This document shows, one piece after another, positions 58,909 to 64,000 of a stretch of DNA of 64,000 bases. The position numbers and the translations under genes were made by a program. Position 1 is the first letter of the stretch. Each line of letters opens with the position of its first letter. The stretch lies in the NCBI GenBank assembly GCA_002269645.1, contig NIVC01002056.1, positions 78,522 through 142,521 of the forward strand, in the 5' to 3' direction. Under the pieces are notes generated by a model. It did no database searches. It saw only the letters and a list, made by a program, of their open reading frames with translations, and had not been told where the DNA came from. Origin of the DNA: Macrostomum lignano. Taxonomy: Eukaryota.

Positions 58909-61900
58909 TTTATTTATCTTTTGGCACGAATTTGAATTTAAAAAACAATACTAGATATAGGCCTATGGCATACTAAACCAAAGTTTTTTATCAATTGATT
59001 TTATAAATATAAGTTTATATAAAAATGCTAATTAAAAACAACCTAGACCTAGACCCTAATGATAATATATGTAGAATATAAAGTAATAATTTATAATAGA
59101 ATTAATAATAGAAACAATTTAAGGCAATTTATTTATACATTAAAGTCAATTAGGCTAAGCTAAAACATAAAAATTTATTTTAGTCTGAGTAATATTCCTA
59201 AGCAAATATAAACAAAAAATATAAGGTCTTTATAATAAACTATATAAAGTTAATAGACACTTCAAAAAGCATTTAGCATTAGATAGGGCCTAGGGCCTAT
59301 ACAGTATAAATAAAAAGTTTATTATCAACTTCCAATTAGCTAAGCCCAAAAGGTATAGAAGTGAAGAACGCTGTTTTAAAAATTTGATTCAAGTTGCATT
59401 TAGATTTAGGCTTATTAAGCCATTAGTATTGAAATTGCCAAATGTTAGGCTTAGACATAGCTAGGCTTAAGTAAGGATTTGAAATCTAGTCTATGAATCT
59501 ATCAATTGTTTTTTAATAAAAATAATGTAAATTTACTTAATTTTCATTGGCTAGCCTACACTACACATAATTTCTTTCTTTTCCTATTATTTATGGGCGT
59601 CAGTTTTAATGACACTGTAATTTTATTAGAATGGTCTTTATGCAGTATGCAGCCAGTACTACTATTGCCATAATTATTGCTACAAGGAATAGTCCTGGCT
59701 AGTGACATTAGAAGAAATAAGTACTCGTAAAATAAAACACTTTACTTAGGTTAACTAATTTGAAGTTAGAGTGAAGTTATAGAAGTTATAGAATCATTGT
59801 GGCCATAGGCCTATTATCCTAGGGGCTAGGCCTAAAACGCTTTAATAAATTACTTGCCCTAAGGGTGCCCTAATGCTTAGGCCCTATCTTGAAAGCATTA
59901 CCTAGTACTAGTAGGTCACTAGGGCCATCACATGTGATGTGTGTATGTAATAGTTTTAAAAATCAATGCAAGGACCCATGTTAAAAATGCCGTTTGTACA
60001 CACTGTATCAACTTAAACTAAATATTATAAACTATACTATATCATTGGTTTGATTTAAATAACGATTAATATTGCTGTATTTAGCAAAAAATTATTTATT
60101 AAATATTAATTTTTGAACCATAGTCCTCTAAAGTTTAATGTTTCGTGTATCGTGCTAACTAGCTTCCCAGTCCAGGACTACTCAAGCAGAGGACAGGACA
60201 CTTGGAAAATATTAGGAGGCAGGTTTTACCGAAAAAATATATTACGGAGTTGCGATTAATCGAATTATTATTAGTTGCCAAGTTCAGGGCCAAGAATTCA
60301 ACAGGGCATTACCGCGTACCTGCATTCTAATCTTGCCAGCTCTGCCTATTTTCTCATCTGCCATTGAATCGTGGCATGAAGTGTGAGTAGAGATTGCGCC
60401 TGTCACAGGGGATGGAATAGAAGCTGAGGATCAGAGTGCAAAATTACCGAGTATGATCGCCGAGTACATCCAAATATAATGATCATAACAGTGTAACGTA
60501 TTTCGAAGTACATAAGTGTACTATTCGAGCCCCATCACATGTACATGAAGTAGGAAAAGACATTAGAAAGACGTTATCTATTATCTACCTTTGTGATCCT
60601 GGGGCTTGAGGGAATTGTAGCCTAGAATCGCCAACCAACTATAAATGGGGATCATTTTATATCCAATTAAAGTCCTCGTTCACAACACTGTCTATAACTG
60701 TCCCTTATGTGTGGCGTTTATTCGCGACCTGGCCTTGAGGCGCGCCTTGTGATGCTGAACGCGTATTCTGTTGTTGTTGCTGTACTTGAAGATGAGCAGT
60801 TAACTGCTTCCAATAAGAAATACTGCCATACTGTGACAAATAACTATATAGTTCTTATCGATCTGTATAGTGTATTTTTAGGAAATTTAACCAAATATTT
60901 TCTTAGAAACGAAGTTTTATTTCCCGTCTTTCTGCACACTTATATTTTGTCCTTGTGTAAGTACACTGTAATGTGCATCAAATATGTGCACCAGTTGAGC
61001 TGCTGCTGACGTTACATGTACGTCCTACTCGTGAAAAGCTATATGATCGTAGCTCTGAAAAATCCAATTGTGACTTGACTTGGATCATTTGTTGTGGTAT
61101 ATAATTGTAGAATGCACTGTACATGTATATATAGAAGTAGTTCTTCTTACGCGGGATGCTTAGGCATGATGTAGGACGCATGCTGGCCGTAAGTGGTTCG
61201 TAAGCCGGAGGTACATGTAGCGGGGGCGTAATCTGGGAAGAAAATGTTATAGCGTGTTCACGCCCAAAAGCATTCCACTTTATGTTCTTAGAACGCGTCA
61301 TGTAAGTCCACTCGCTGTACTGCTTCTAGCTCGTAGCCTGCCCTCCGCTCGTTTTCAAACATAATAGAACGTTGCCTTGCTACTATGACTATAGTAGCCG
61401 TCTATACAAATATATTGAGTTTCCTGTTGGCACAACCGGTGTATTCTAAAGTCACAACAGAAACAAAATGACATGAAAAAACGGCCCAGTTGCTAAGACG
61501 TCTCAAAATTATCCATTTTCTAAAAGGAAATTCTGTTTCTGATTTTTAGTAGCTGCTCAATGATTCAGAATATTTAGAAAAAAAACGCCCTGTCTGTATA
61601 AATGTACATGTGCATATTTGTCCATAGTGCGCTGAATTTTGGGCAGAGACTCGATTGTATTTTACGGAGTCTGCCTCGAGACAGACGGATGTCTGGAGTT
61701 TGAGCACAGTGCACATGAACTCGTAGCTTGCACTCTGCTTTATTATGGTGTGTTAAATTATATTAAAAAAGTTTTTATGGATTTTTTATTAAAATTCAAT
61801 ATTTTGTCCTTACATTTTCGAATTATAAGTGAACGCGAAACGAGATTCCCGACTCACCCTCTGCATCAGAAATAACGGATAGCTAAATATCCGCGAGAGG

Positions 61901-62229
61901 GCTTTTGCTTAAATGTCCGGTATTAGATTTATTATTCAATAATTTGAATTACTGTGCGAATCTTACAGAATTTGAGCAGCGAGGTGAGACAACCAATTGC
62001 TGCATGCTTTGTGGCCAGCGATTTTTTTGCGTATATTTCGCTGTAGCCATGGCTGCAGAATGCCAAAATGGAAGGCAAAAATAGCTGGAATATTTCTTAT
62101 ACGTTGGTTTAATTTAATTTTTCTTACGCTTCTTACAAAACGCTTCTTAAAGTCCATGCAAATGCTAACGGTACGATAGCAGGTTTCAACAAAAGTACCA
62201 TTTGTACCATTTTAATAAAAATATGTCCC

Positions 62230-62762
62230 TTGGGGGGCGCCCCTGTCTCTTGGTGAGCGCCCCCGTCTCTTGGTGGTCTCCCCTGTCTCGTGGTGGGCGC
62301 CCCTGTCTCTTGGGGGGCGCCCCTGTCTCTTGGTGAGCGCCCCCGTCTCTTGGTGGTCTCCCCTGTCTCGTGGTGGGCGCCCCTGTCTCTTGGGGCGCCC
62401 CTGTCTCTTGGTGGCCGCCCCTGTCTCGTGGTGGTCCCCTGTCTCTTGGGGGCGCCCCTGTCTCTTGGTAGCGCCCCTGTCTCTTGGTGGTCGCCCCTGT
62501 CTCTTGGGGGGCGCCCTGTCTCTTGGTCTCCCCTGTCTCGTGGGGTCTCCCCTGTCTTTTGGGGGTGCCCCTGTCTCTTGGTAGTCCCCTGTCTTGGTGG
62601 TCGCCCCTGTCACTTGGTGGTCGCCCCTGTCACTTGGTGGTCGCCCTGTCACTTGGTGGTCGCCCCTGTCACTTGGTGGTCGCCCCTGTCACTTGGTGGT
62701 CGCCCCTGTCTCGTGGTGGGCGCCCCTGTCTCTTGGTAGTCGCCCCTGTCTCTTGGTGGTCA
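62230..62762. repeat. ~20 bp GC-rich minisatellite (GGTGGTCGCCCCTGTCTCTT)
   Basis: Directly visible; explains the periodic ORFs on both strands. Confidence 0.96.
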
Positions 62763-63250
62763 CCCAGCTGTCTCTTTGTATCCTAGGCTGCTGGATCCCA
62801 CGTCTAAGAGGAGACAAAAGTTAGGTTTGGATTAAGTTTTAAGACAGGTCCAGGTTAGGGCTCAGTTTTAGGTTAGGCCATTATGATGTAGGATAAACTA
62901 ATTTTAGGGTTAGGTTCGACAGCCAACCGTTGTATAGACGCAGTTTTATCCTAAATAACTTTGGTTAAAACCGATCCCGAAGCAATCGACAAAATCAAGA
63001 CAAGTGTTTAACGCGTGTGGTATGCTGTGCAAAGGGCGTCCAATGTTTTAACTTTGCACTCATATCTTTTTATTTATTCTGAGATTGACTACTAAATTAG
63101 ACTCAATTATACTCTAAATCTGATGATAAATAGTTGATTGTTGGCATTCAGATTTTTTAGCATCTATTTATCCGACAAATAGTTCGTATTGTCGTTTGCC
63201 ACAGTTCCAAGCTCTTTAAATAATTAGTCGCTCTTAACAATAATAACATT

Positions 63251-63800
63251 TCATTCGTTTTCAAACACCACGGCCTCGGCGCAGTAGCCGCTGAGGTAGC
63301 GGACGGTGCAGGTCCGGCAGCAGCACCTCTGCACCAGGTTGTCTGTGTTAAGTCTGCACCTCAGCTTCAACAAAGAGACGTTCTTCTTCATTCTCTCGCT
63401 GCCTGAAACAACAGATCAATTAGTGAAACGCTTACTGTGTCTCTGTATTCTGACTTTTAATAAAAGCTGCATGGTTTCAATGCAACACGACTCTCACTGA
63501 GTATCTCTCGAGTCCTCTTTGCGGTGCGGAACCTGCCGTAGCTGTTGTACATCCTGCCGTCGCAGACTTTAGCCACGGCGTCGATTAGTTCGCGGCCGCA
63601 GAAGTTGACAACCGTGTTCTGCGGGTAATAGACAGATTAATGTGCTAATAGCATTATTGACGGTAGCGTTTGCACGATAAAAGTACTTTGTACGAGCTCA
63701 CCGGATTTTTCTCGTCGAAATCCAAATAGTTATAGGAAGCGAGAAGACCACTGAAACAGCTGAGCAGGATAACTGCGAACAGTACATTTGCAAATTGCAT
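63251..63800 (-). CDS. ILP: Insulin-like peptide precursor, 3 coding exons, 123 aa
   Basis: Exons 63800-63702, 63618-63498, 63402-63251 (372 nt, GT-AG). Signal MQFANVLFAVILLSCFSGLLA; B chain FCGRELIDAVAKVCDG (C-x11-C); dibasic KR and KK sites; A chain RCCCRTCTVRYLSGYC (CC-x3-C-x8-C). Confidence 0.9.
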
Positions 63801-64000
63801 GACTAGTTGGGAGAATAGGATTTTTAAATAAAAATTGGCAAGGAGTGGCGCTTGCTTGTCTGCAGTTATTAACGAGCAGCCTTCAACGGACGCAGCATTT
63901 TGAGGCAATGAGATTTCGGCTTACATTTTATTGATTTTATAGACTTTGCGAAGCCAAGGTGATTGGAGGCTCATGGAAAACAATTGAATATAACAAATAC

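Noticed and set aside
62212-62786. Periodic ORFs on both strands
   Set aside because: 20-bp GC-rich minisatellite.
62855-62915. Telomere-like TTAGGG motifs
   Set aside because: Only scattered single copies, not a tandem array.

Overview
Eukaryotic (animal, probably invertebrate) genomic DNA with GT-AG introns and many minisatellites; the species cannot be determined from the sequence. All gene models were spliced and translated by hand, and most are only partly visible in the ORF track. Genes from left to right: (1) a 7-exon secreted protein of unknown function on + (1078-4675, 282 aa); (2) a minus-strand tandem array of alpha-arrestin (ARRDC-type) genes, with three intact 6-exon copies (5466-9877, 17123-20620, 36642-44262) and two decayed relics (15190-15318, 27712-29159); (3) three tandem copine genes on the minus strand with intronless CDSs, mosaic near-identical tracts and Tyr-Pro-Gly-rich tails (46270-48153, 51845-53743, 56127-58294), the last with a 1-nt frameshift in an A6 run; (4) a 3-exon insulin-like peptide gene with two extra cysteines (63251-63800, minus). 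Mobile DNA includes a decayed Crypton-type tyrosine recombinase inside a 21-bp minisatellite, a solo LTR with a 5-bp TSD facing a second LTR-like promoter, several MITE/foldback elements (three with 8-bp TSDs), tRNA-derived SINEs and a LINE 3' fragment. No rRNA, genuine tRNA or CRISPR array was found. The leading hypothesis is that the arrestin-copine neighbourhood encodes ESCRT/Nedd4-recruiting proteins: copine tails carry PSAP/PTAP/PPxY motifs and two arrestins carry PPxY. This is an inference from motifs only.
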